NCBI GenBank assembly: GCA_029555965.1
Contig: JAKQHY010000129.1
Coordinates: 1,375 to 65,374, forward strand
Direction: 5' to 3'
Source of the DNA: Chloroflexota bacterium
GTDB taxonomy: Bacteria; Chloroflexota; Anaerolineae; B4-G1; SLSP01
DNA: 64,000 bases
The position numbers and the translations under genes were made by a program. This document shows, piece after piece, positions 56,668 through 64,000 of this stretch (its first letter is position 1; each line of letters opens with the position of its first letter). The notes under the pieces are model-generated. The model did not search any database. It had not been told where the DNA came from and worked only from the letters and a program-made list of their open reading frames with translations.

Positions 56668-57651
56668 TCACAATCCGCCATGCGCGCCATACCAGTCCCA
56701 CGCTTCCTGCACCGCCGCGCGCGCCGAAACAAAGGGGAACGCCAGCTCTCGGTGCGCCTTGCGCCCATCGAAGCACATCGCCCGCGCGCTCAGCGCCAAC
56801 TGCGCCGCGTCCACCGGCAACGACTTACCGTAGAGATATGTCCCCAGACGTACTGCTCCCGCCGCGCCCCTCATCAGCGCGGGCGTCAGCGTGATCCACG
56901 GCAGACGCGCGCCCGTCACCTCAGCCACCAACGCCAGCAGGGCGCGATGGGGCACATTTTCGCCGTTGAGGATGTACCGCTCGCCGGCGCGCCCACGCTC
57001 GGCAGCCAGGACGTGCCCCAGCCCCACCACGCGCGCCCCCACAATCCCCATCGCGCCCGGCGGCGCTGCCGGCATCAGCCCCCGCGCCACCATCCGCAAA
57101 ATCTCCCCCCCCACAAAGTTCACGTCGCGCTGCCCGATGACGGACGCCGGGTTGACGATGACGACGTCCAGCCCTTGCGCCACGGCGCGCTGCACGTCCG
57201 CCTCGGCCAGCCACTTGCTGTGCCCGTAATGGAACTGCGCCGGATGCAGGTTGAACGTCGCCGTCTCGTCCAAAAGTTGCCCGGCCCGCGTCGGTACGCC
57301 CAGCACCGCCACCGAGCTGGTGAAAATCACCCGGCGCACGCCGCACACCTGCGCCGCGCGCAGCACGTTCCGCGTCCCGGTCACGTTGACGCGATAAATC
57401 TCGTCGGGGTGGCTGCGCCAGTACTGCGACACCGCCGCCGCGTGGAACACCCACGCGCAGCCGTCCATCGCCGCGCGCAGGGCGGATTCGTCCAGCACGT
57501 CGCCCACCGCCCATTCCGGCGTCAGGCCCGCCAGCGCGTCCAGCCGCGACGTCGCCCGCCGCAGCGCCCGCACGCCATACCCCCGCGCCAGCAGCGCCTC
57601 CACAATATTAGCCCCGACACACCCGGTTGCCCCGGTCACTAAAGCGTCCAT
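56668..57651 (-). CDS. NAD-dependent epimerase/dehydratase, dihydroflavonol-4-reductase/HpnA-like SDR
   Basis: ALVTGATGCVG Rossmann motif; FHAAA; TSS; YGHSK catalytic YxxxK; IVNPASVIG. Confidence 0.88.
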   Translation of the reverse strand: MDALVTGATGCVGANIVEALLARGYGVRALRRATSRLDALAGLTPEWAVGDVLDESALRAAMDGCAWVFHAAAVSQYWRSHPDEIYRVNVTGTRNVLRAAQVCGVRRVIFTSSVAVLGVPTRAGQLLDETATFNLHPAQFHYGHSKWLAEADVQRAVAQGLDVVIVNPASVIGQRDVNFVGGEILRMVARGLMPAAPPGAMGIVGARVVGLGHVLAAERGRAGERYILNGENVPHRALLALVAEVTGARLPWITLTPALMRGAAGAVRLGTYLYGKSLPVDAAQLALSARAMCFDGRKAHRELAFPFVSARAAVQEAWDWYGAHGGL

Positions 57652-57664
57652 AGCGAAATAGGAA

Positions 57665-57791
57665 TTAGGAGTTAGGAGTTAGGAGTTAGGAGTTAGGAGT
57701 GGCGAGTTAGGAGTGCTGATTGCTGAGGACTGAGTGCTGAGTCTCCTCATCACCTTGTCTCCCCCTCTCCCCCTCTCCTTGTCTCCCCCTC
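57665..57791. repeat. Intergenic short-tandem-repeat block: (TTAGGAG)x5-TGGCGAG-TTAGGAG, (TGCTGAG-like)x4, then C/T-rich TCCCCCTC repeats
   Basis: Read directly between the epimerase start and the hutH stop. Confidence 0.9.
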
Positions 57792-59330
57792 TCACACTGC
57801 CGCGTCCACGGCTTTCACCAGCTCTCCACCGGTGATGAGGGCGCGCACGGATTCAATCAGCGGCGCGAGCGGGGCGTCGTGCTCCAGGAAGGGCGCGCAG
57901 GAACGCACCGCCTGATATGCCACCGCCGTGCCCTTGCCCAACTGCGCTGTCCGTCCCAACTGCTGGCGGCGCAAATCAATCCCCTGCGCGGCGGCCAGCA
58001 ATTCCACCGCGATGATGCACTCGACGTTATCCACCACCTGCCGGGTGTTGTGCGCCGCGTTGGTCGCCATGCTGACGTGATCCTCCGTATTGGCGGACGT
58101 AGGAATCGAGTCCGCTGTCGCCGGGTGCGCCAGCACCTTGTTCTGCGAAGCCAGCGCCGCCGCCGTGTACTGCGCGAGCATAAAGCCGCTTTCCAGCCCG
58201 CCGTGGCGCGTGAGGAACGGCGGCAGCCCATTGCTCAACGCCTCGTCCACCAGCCGGGCCGTGCGCCGCTCGCTGATGTTGCCCAGTTCCACCATCCCCA
58301 GCTTGAGGTAATCCAGCGCCAGCCCCACCGGCTCGGCGTGGAAATTGCCGCCCGAAAGCACCTCCGGGCGGCCTTCCGCATCGAAGAAAATCAGCGGGTT
58401 GTCTGTCACCGCGTTAAGTTCAATTTCCAGCGCCCAGCGCGCGTAGGCTACCGTGTCGCGCACCGCGCCGTGAACCTGGGGGATGCACCGCAGGCTGTAA
58501 GCGTCTTGAATGTCGCGGGGATCGTGGGGGCGGACGAACGTGCTGCCAGCGAGGATGCGCCGCATGTACGCCGCCGCGTCCACCTGACGTGGGTGCGGGC
58601 GGACGAAGTGCAGGCGCGGGTCGAAGGCGGCGACGGTGCCGCGCAGCGCCTCCAGCGAGAGCGCGCCCGCGATGTCGGCGGCGCGGATGAGATTCTCGGT
58701 CCGCAACTCCACCAGCGCGCCCAGGGCCGTCGTCACCGCCGTGCCGTTGATCAGGGCCAGCCCTTCCTTCGCGCCAAGTTCCACCGGCGTCAAACCAGCG
58801 TGGCGCAAAGCCTCGCCGCCGGGCAGCCGCTCGCCGCCATACCACGCCTCGCCCTCGCCAATGAGGACGCACGCGAGATGCGCCAGCGGGGCCAGATCGC
58901 CGCTGGCGCCCAGCGAGCCATACGCCGGGATCACCGGCACGACACCCGCGTTCAACAGCGCCAGCAACGCCTCCGCCGTCTGTGGGCGGATGCCGGAATA
59001 GCCCATTGCCAGCGTATTGACACGCACCGCCATCACCGCGCGCACCGTCTGCTCGTCCAACGCTGGCCCGACGCCTGCCGCGTGGCTCAACACCAGATTG
59101 CGCTGCAACGCCGCCACCTCGTGCAGCGGAATGATGCGACCCTTGAATGCGCCGAAGCCCGTCGTGATCCCGTAGGCGATCTCGCCGTTCGCCAGGAGCG
59201 TCTGCACGCCCGCCCACGAGCGCGCCATCGCCTCCGCCGCGTAAGGCGCCAACGTCGCCCGCGCCCCCGCCGCCACGGCGGCGACGTCTTCCATCGTCAG
59301 GTGTTCACCGGTGATGATGATCGTTTGCAT
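57792..59330 (-). CDS. hutH: Histidine ammonia-lyase
   Basis: MIO-forming GSLGASGDLAPLAH; YGITTGFG; the HAL-type LVLSHAAG (Ser-His) pair; QDAYSLRC; GGNFH; EDHVSM. Confidence 0.9.
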   Translation of the reverse strand: MQTIIITGEHLTMEDVAAVAAGARATLAPYAAEAMARSWAGVQTLLANGEIAYGITTGFGAFKGRIIPLHEVAALQRNLVLSHAAGVGPALDEQTVRAVMAVRVNTLAMGYSGIRPQTAEALLALLNAGVVPVIPAYGSLGASGDLAPLAHLACVLIGEGEAWYGGERLPGGEALRHAGLTPVELGAKEGLALINGTAVTTALGALVELRTENLIRAADIAGALSLEALRGTVAAFDPRLHFVRPHPRQVDAAAYMRRILAGSTFVRPHDPRDIQDAYSLRCIPQVHGAVRDTVAYARWALEIELNAVTDNPLIFFDAEGRPEVLSGGNFHAEPVGLALDYLKLGMVELGNISERRTARLVDEALSNGLPPFLTRHGGLESGFMLAQYTAAALASQNKVLAHPATADSIPTSANTEDHVSMATNAAHNTRQVVDNVECIIAVELLAAAQGIDLRRQQLGRTAQLGKGTAVAYQAVRSCAPFLEHDAPLAPLIESVRALITGGELVKAVDAAV

Positions 59331-59434
59331 AGCGAAAAAGCGAAAAAGCGAATCAGCGAGTCAGCGAGTCAACGAAGACTCAGTCCTCAGCACTCAGTCC
59401 TCAGTCCTAACTCCTAACTCGCCACTCCTAACGC
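59331..59434. repeat. Intergenic repeat block: AGCGA(A/G)NN octamers x6, CTCAGTC-type heptamers x4, CTAACTC-type heptamers x4
   Basis: Read directly; the heptamer part is the reverse complement of the block at 57692-57741. Confidence 0.88.
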
Positions 59435-60376
59435 CTCACGCTGATACCACTCCCAGAACCGCGTCATCCCCTCTTCGACGGAGACGTGCGGATCGTAGCC
59501 GAGCAGGGTGCGCGCCAGGGTGATGTCGGCGTAGGTGATGGGCGGCTCGCTATCCGGGGCGGGCGGCGTCTCCATCCGCGCGGGCTTGCCCACCAGCTTC
59601 TCCACCAGCGCGACGAAGTCGGCCATGCGCACCGGCTCGCCGCGCCCCAGGTTCAGGCGGACGTAGTCCAACGGGCGATCCAGTGCGGCGATGAGGCCCT
59701 GGACGATGTCGCCCACGTAAGTCCAGTCGCGGTACATTTCGCCCGCGTTGAACAGCTTGAAGGACTTGCCATGCACAATACTGTCGGTGACGGTGTAAGG
59801 CATCATATCGGGGCGCCCGCGCGGGCCGTAGACGCTGAAGAACCGCACCGCCGTGAAGGATAGCTTGAAGAGATTGTGATACGTGTAGCCCATCAATTCC
59901 CCGGCGATTTTGCTGGCGGGATAGGGCGCCAACGGCTGGCCGAGGGGATCGTCTTCTTTAAAAGGTAGTCGCTCCGTCTTTCCATAGACCGACGAGGTCG
60001 AGGCAAACACGATGTGCGGCGTCCCGGCGTGACGCATCCCTTCCAGCACGTTGACCGTGCCTCGGATGTTCACGTCGGTGTAAAGCGGCGCGCGCTCGAT
60101 GGAATACCGCACGCCCGCCAGCGCGCCCAGGTGCGCCACTGCATCGAAGTGCCCTTCAGCAATGATGCGCGCCACGCCCGCTTCGTCGCGCAAATCCAGT
60201 TCGTGCAGCGTAAAGGCCGGATACGTCGCCAGCACGGCCACATTGGCGCGTTTGCGCGCCGGGCTGTAGTAGTCGCAGAAATTGTCCAGCCCCACCACCG
60301 TATCGCCGCGTTGCAGCAGCATTTCGGCCAGATTGCTCCCGATAAACCCGGCTGCGCCGGTCACCAACACTCGCAT
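59414..60376 (-). CDS. NAD-dependent nucleotide-sugar epimerase (UDP-glucuronate 4-epimerase-like)
   Basis: VLVTGAAGFIG; HLGALAGVRYS; ASTSSVYG; YPASK; RFFSVYGPRGRPDM; RDWTYV. Start ATG 60376 with GGAGGGAG SD. Confidence 0.9.
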   Translation of the reverse strand: MRVLVTGAAGFIGSNLAEMLLQRGDTVVGLDNFCDYYSPARKRANVAVLATYPAFTLHELDLRDEAGVARIIAEGHFDAVAHLGALAGVRYSIERAPLYTDVNIRGTVNVLEGMRHAGTPHIVFASTSSVYGKTERLPFKEDDPLGQPLAPYPASKIAGELMGYTYHNLFKLSFTAVRFFSVYGPRGRPDMMPYTVTDSIVHGKSFKLFNAGEMYRDWTYVGDIVQGLIAALDRPLDYVRLNLGRGEPVRMADFVALVEKLVGKPARMETPPAPDSEPPITYADITLARTLLGYDPHVSVEEGMTRFWEWYQREALGVAS

Positions 60377-60398
60377 AGTCTCCCTCCATAACAATATC

Positions 60399-60455
60399 TC
60401 AACGAATTGAATGAATTTAACGGAAAAATCCGTTCAAATCCGTTGAATCCGTTGA
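60399..60455. repeat. Intergenic hairpin copy of the nonamer inverted-repeat element
   Basis: TCAACGAATTGAATGAATTTAACGGA-AAAA-TCCGTTCAAATCCGTTGAATCCGTTGA; the two arms are near-complementary. Confidence 0.75.
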
Positions 60456-60468
60456 GAAAGATCTTCAA

Positions 60469-62187
60469 TCATTCGGCAATATGGATGTCATGCACATCCA
60501 GTTGCAAGTTAACGCGCCCGTTCCACTCGTTGACTTTCAGCACGTAGACGATATCAATCAAATCCGGCAATCGCCCGATCCATTCACCCTGGCGGAAGGC
60601 AATGGCGTCCCACGTCCGGCCCTGCTGGTCGGAGAGGAAGAGCTTGAGGTGGCGGCCATCCGCGCCGACGGCGCGCGCGCTGCGCACCCGCGCCCGGCGG
60701 CTGACGAACACCGGCGTCGGGTTGCCATAGCCGAAGGGCTGCAACTTCTCCATTTCCCGATATAAATCCCACGAGAGCATCTCCAGCGGGACCTCCACAT
60801 CCACCTGAAACGTCGGGGCGAGGGTCAGGCCGGCCAGTTGCTCGCGGGCCAACGCCAGCAGCCGCGCCTTGAGTTCCGGCAGCCGCTCCGTCCGCACGGT
60901 AAAGCCCGCCGCCGCCGCGTGGCCGCCGTGGCGCAACAACATGTCCGCCATCGTATCCAACGCCTGGGTGATGTGAAATTCGGGGATGGAACGCGCTGAG
61001 CCTTTGCTCCACTCGTCCTCAATCGAGACGACGATGGCCGGGCGGTAGAACTCGTCCAGCAGGCGGCTGGCGGCCAGGCCCACCACGCCGTGGGGGAAAT
61101 CGGCGGAGGCGGCAAAGAGCAGCGGCGGCGTCTCGTCCGTCTCCATAATCAAGGCGCGCGCGCGATCCTGCACGTCGGTCGTCAGGGTGCGACGCTCCTG
61201 GTTGAGGGTATCCAATTCTTGCGCCAGCGGCATAGCCGACGCCATATCCGGGGCCAACAACAAGTCCAGGGCCGTCATCGCCTCGCTGATGCGCCCGGCG
61301 GCATTGAGGCGCGGGGCGAGCATAAAGCCGATGGTATTGGTCGTGACCTGCCCGACCTCCGCGCCAGACACGGCCAGCAAGGCGTTCACGCCAGGACGGC
61401 GGGCGGCGTTGATGGCTTCTACCCCTTTGGCGACCAGGACGTGGTTTTCGCCCAACAGCGGCACCATATCCGCCACCGTACCCAACGCCACCAAGTCGAG
61501 CAGTTCGGCCTCGTCCAATTCCGTGCGAGTCGTAGGCAGCGGCGACTGGCGGTTGACCCGCAGCAACGCCTGCGCCAGTTTGTACGCCACCCCTACCCCG
61601 GCCAAATCCTTGAACGGATACGCACATTCCGAGCGCCGCGGATTAAGCACAGCCTCCGCCGGGGGCAGCGCCTCGGCCAGATGATGGTGATCGGTGACGA
61701 TCACCTGCATGCCCTGGCGCCGCGCCCACGCCACCTCGTCGAGAGAACGTATGCCGCAGTCTACCGTGATCAATAAACGAGCGCCATCCTCCGCGAGCGT
61801 CGTGATCGCATCCTTGTTGAGACCGTAGCCCTCGTCCTCGCGGTTGGGAATATAAGGCAGCACCTGTCCACCGAGAGAGCGCAACGTCTGGATGAGGATA
61901 GCGCACGCCGTGACGCCGTCCACATCGTAGTCCCCGTAGACCACGATCAAGTCGCCGCGCGCCAACGCCTGCCGCGCCAAACGCACGGCGGCCTCCATTC
62001 CCTGCATCTGAAACGGATTGTCGGCTATGAGGGCGCCATCCAGGAAAGCCGCCACCGCGGCGCTCTCAGTAATCCCCCGATTGTAGAGGATTTGCGCGAT
62101 CAGAGGATGAATAGCGGGCAAGCGTTCAAAAAAAATGGCCGGCGCCGGGGGCGCGATCTGCCATCGCTTGATGCCTATAGTTTCCAT
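60469..62187 (-). CDS. recJ: Single-stranded-DNA-specific exonuclease RecJ
   Basis: YGDYDVDG, ITVDCG, TDHHH, LGTVAD, PRLNAAGR, GSARS and GGHAAAAG motifs. Start ATG 62187 with GGAG SD. Confidence 0.96.
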   Translation of the reverse strand: METIGIKRWQIAPPAPAIFFERLPAIHPLIAQILYNRGITESAAVAAFLDGALIADNPFQMQGMEAAVRLARQALARGDLIVVYGDYDVDGVTACAILIQTLRSLGGQVLPYIPNREDEGYGLNKDAITTLAEDGARLLITVDCGIRSLDEVAWARRQGMQVIVTDHHHLAEALPPAEAVLNPRRSECAYPFKDLAGVGVAYKLAQALLRVNRQSPLPTTRTELDEAELLDLVALGTVADMVPLLGENHVLVAKGVEAINAARRPGVNALLAVSGAEVGQVTTNTIGFMLAPRLNAAGRISEAMTALDLLLAPDMASAMPLAQELDTLNQERRTLTTDVQDRARALIMETDETPPLLFAASADFPHGVVGLAASRLLDEFYRPAIVVSIEDEWSKGSARSIPEFHITQALDTMADMLLRHGGHAAAAGFTVRTERLPELKARLLALAREQLAGLTLAPTFQVDVEVPLEMLSWDLYREMEKLQPFGYGNPTPVFVSRRARVRSARAVGADGRHLKLFLSDQQGRTWDAIAFRQGEWIGRLPDLIDIVYVLKVNEWNGRVNLQLDVHDIHIAE

Positions 62188-62262
62188 TGGGTGCTCCAAT
62201 CCGGGGTTACACGTTATCTACCCCATTTCGTGAAACGTGAAACACAGGGGGATTAGAAAGTG

Positions 62263-62315
62263 GGGATTAGGGATTGGGGCTATCCCAATCCCTAATCCCT
62301 AATCCCCAATCCCTA
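62263..62315. repeat. 16-bp perfect inverted repeat built from AATCCC(T/C) heptamers upstream of recJ
   Basis: GGGATTAGGGATTGGG (62263-62278) / CCCAATCCCTAATCCC (62284-62299), followed by further heptamers. Confidence 0.85.
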
Positions 62316-62353
62316 TTTTTCAGAGGAGTATACCACACGGATCAGGCTGCGTC

Positions 62354-62393
62354 AAAAAAAACGGCTTCCCTTTTCACAAGGGAAGCCGTTTTT
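62354..62393 (-). terminator. Rho-independent terminator (probably bidirectional) after the DUF4870 gene
   Basis: Stem CGGCTTCCCTT/AAGGGAAGCCG with a 5-nt loop, A8 on the left (U8 on the minus strand) and T5 on the right. Confidence 0.85.
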
Positions 62394-62408
62394 GTGTCTT
62401 GCAGTGGG

Positions 62409-62750
62409 TTAGCTGATCCAACCCTGGTTCTTGCAGAAATCGGTAATCACCGGCACTGTGACCCAGTTGCCCTGGTAGGCCTGAATCGCCAGATAGATGG
62501 CATAGACAAGCCAGGCGACGCCAATGACACAGCCGATCACCACAAAGCTCAGCAGCGCCGTCAAGACGCCACCCACCAGACTCAGAGCGAGCGATTGCAC
62601 GGCGTTGTACATCATGAACTTACGCTGTTTCTTATCCTCCGTAAAAACAACGATCAGGGCCGCAATCCAGCCCAGGTACGGAAGCCAACTCAGCATAGCC
62701 CATAACTTATCATCATCAGTTACATCCATTTGCATTTGTGGATCCATCAT
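62409..62750 (-). CDS. DUF4870-family small membrane protein
   Basis: DDKLWAMLSW...KFMMYNAVQSL...AIQAYQGNWVTVPVI pattern with three TMs. Confidence 0.8.
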   Translation of the reverse strand: MMDPQMQMDVTDDDKLWAMLSWLPYLGWIAALIVVFTEDKKQRKFMMYNAVQSLALSLVGGVLTALLSFVVIGCVIGVAWLVYAIYLAIQAYQGNWVTVPVITDFCKNQGWIS

Positions 62751-62905
62751 ACTTCCTTACTCCTTTCAATATTAAGTAGATTTTGGGTCATAAACACCAG
62801 AATGTCTTACCCTTGATAACCTGATTGTAGAGGGTAACAAAAGAAAGTCAAACCGGCGTCATTCTCTATACGGTTTTTCAGAAGACGGGTTGCATCATCA
62901 GAAAG

Positions 62906-62941
62906 GAAAGGGGCAGCCTTGTCACAAGGACAGCCCCTTTC
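62906..62941 (-). terminator. Probable terminator hairpin after the solute-binding-protein gene
   Basis: GAAAGGGGC..CCTTG-TGA-CAAGG..GCCCCTTTC on the minus strand, followed by CTTTC, about 40 nt past the TAA at 62983. Confidence 0.6.
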
Positions 62942-62982
62942 GTTCAAACACTTATCCGGTTATAAAGCCAACCGACAGGTTT

Positions 62983-64000
62983 TTAACCCTTCTTGGCCTT
63001 CCACTCGGCGTACTGCTTCTCGACTTCGGCCTTGATCGTGTCGAGGCCGGCGGCCTTCAAGTCCGCAATGTACTTGGGCAGTTCGACCTCGGGGTCAACG
63101 TAGCCGGTCAACAAAGCCCGTTGCATACCGTCGCGGACAGCATTCACCGCGGTCAGTTCGGGGTCAATGGGGCCGGTGCGGAAGCGGAAGCCCAACGCCA
63201 CATGGTTGATCGAATCGTTGGAGTATTCGATCAGCATCCGGTTTTTGTCTGGGTCTTCCTTGTTGGTGACGGCCTGAAGCATGGTATTCCCCACCGTCCA
63301 CGCGCCGGCGTGCGCGCCGTACCACGCGCTGTTGATGAGGTTCACGCGGCCATCGGCCTCGTATTCCCAGTGGGTGCCCTCGACGCCAAACAACTGCATA
63401 TTGATCACTTTCGGATCGGTGTGCAGCAGGTTGATGTACTGCATGGCCTGCACCGGGTACTCGGACATGGCGGGGATGGCGAGCATCGAGCCGCCGGCGT
63501 GGGTGGTGATGTTGACCTTGGGCTGACCGTAGATTTCCTTCAACACCAGGTCGGCATTGCCGGAGGCGTTCATGATTTCCTGCGCCTTGATGTTGTTACC
63601 CTTCAGCGGCATGGGGCAGATGAAGAACTTGCCCGCGTTATAGTATTGGTTGACCTCAAAGGTGCTCAGGCCAGAATCGGGGTGAATCCACTCCTTCTCA
63701 TACCACTCACGCATGATCATCAAGCGTTCCTTGGTCACATCCTGTTCCATCACGCTGAGGATGGTCTCATCCCACGCGCCATTGGCATCGGGAGCCAACT
63801 TCATATTGATCAGATTCCCATCAACGCCACTGGCGAGGTCCTGGGGCCAGGGCGAGAAGCCATCCCGACCATCCGTCAGGTAAGGATACTCATCCGGACG
63901 CTTCGCCTTGGCCTTTTCGAGCCAGGGCTCCATATCCCGGTAGCTCTTGATCTTGGCCGCTTCGGCCTCGGTAAAACCAATCTCTTCGGCCAACGTTACA
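62983..64000 (-). CDS. ABC transporter (carbohydrate-type) substrate-binding protein with DUF3502-like C-terminus; 5' truncated by the window edge
   Basis: AMQYINLLHTDPKVINMQLFGVEGTHWE and GFRF...LLTGYVDPEVELPKYIADLKAAGLDTIKAEVEKQYAEW. The frame is open to position 64000. Confidence 0.85.
   Translation of the reverse strand, partial: VTLAEEIGFTEAEAAKIKSYRDMEPWLEKAKAKRPDEYPYLTDGRDGFSPWPQDLASGVDGNLINMKLAPDANGAWDETILSVMEQDVTKERLMIMREWYEKEWIHPDSGLSTFEVNQYYNAGKFFICPMPLKGNNIKAQEIMNASGNADLVLKEIYGQPKVNITTHAGGSMLAIPAMSEYPVQAMQYINLLHTDPKVINMQLFGVEGTHWEYEADGRVNLINSAWYGAHAGAWTVGNTMLQAVTNKEDPDKNRMLIEYSNDSINHVALGFRFRTGPIDPELTAVNAVRDGMQRALLTGYVDPEVELPKYIADLKAAGLDTIKAEVEKQYAEWKAKKG

Noticed and set aside
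57665-57791. CRISPR array or telomere-like repeat
   Set aside because: The units are 7-8 nt in direct tandem with no unique spacers and no cas genes. TTAGGAG only superficially resembles TTAGGG.
57792-59330. Phenylalanine/tyrosine ammonia-lyase in a phenylpropanoid pathway with the DFR-like neighbour
   Set aside because: The specificity residues are the HAL-type Ser-His (LSHAAG) plus the conserved Glu (EDH); no coumarate ligase or PKS is nearby.
57879-59417. 512-aa plus-strand ORF (also 56680..57642, 55741..56646, 21629..22708 and many shorter ones)
   Set aside because: These are antisense shadows of well-supported GC-rich minus-strand genes, Arg/Pro/His-rich with no recognisable motifs.
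62274-62775. Plus-strand ORFs 62274..62705 and 62524..62775
   Set aside because: They begin in repeat or terminator sequence and are antisense to the DUF4870 gene.
1-64000. Prophage, integrase, transposase, rRNA or tRNA genes
   Set aside because: No recognisable motifs or structures were found by eye.

Overview
The window looks like a moderately GC-rich bacterial chromosome segment, probably Chloroflexota/Anaerolineae (inferred from gene content only). All credible genes are on the minus strand. Positions ~61-52068 hold 28 co-oriented genes with overlapping or very short junctions (largest gap 82 nt), which looks like one ~52-kb operon that continues past the left edge. It contains 21 paralogous sensor proteins with varied inputs (dCache, 5-7-TM membrane domains, PAS x6, LacI-type sugar-binding, or none). 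Most share HAMP/S-helix, a conserved GAF and a ~150-aa C-terminal module, and none has a catalytic output domain. The C-terminal module reads as a split or circularly permuted GAF: a core lacking helix1-helix2-strand1, followed by a tail consisting of exactly those elements. The array also has a few potential outputs: one histidine kinase with a degenerate H-box (SHALREP), two stand-alone receivers, and a SpoIIE phosphatase / slr1658-like / slr1659-like (STAS) partner-switching triad next to a small adaptor carrying the same module. An orphan NMT1/THI5-type lipoprotein is also embedded. The right 12 kb has ordinary genes (YfhO-like GT-C, TPR protein, two epimerases, hutH, recJ, DUF4870, ABC solute-binding protein) interspersed with 7-9-nt tandem and inverted repeats, some inside coding sequence. 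Domain names come from motif recognition by eye, not from database searches.
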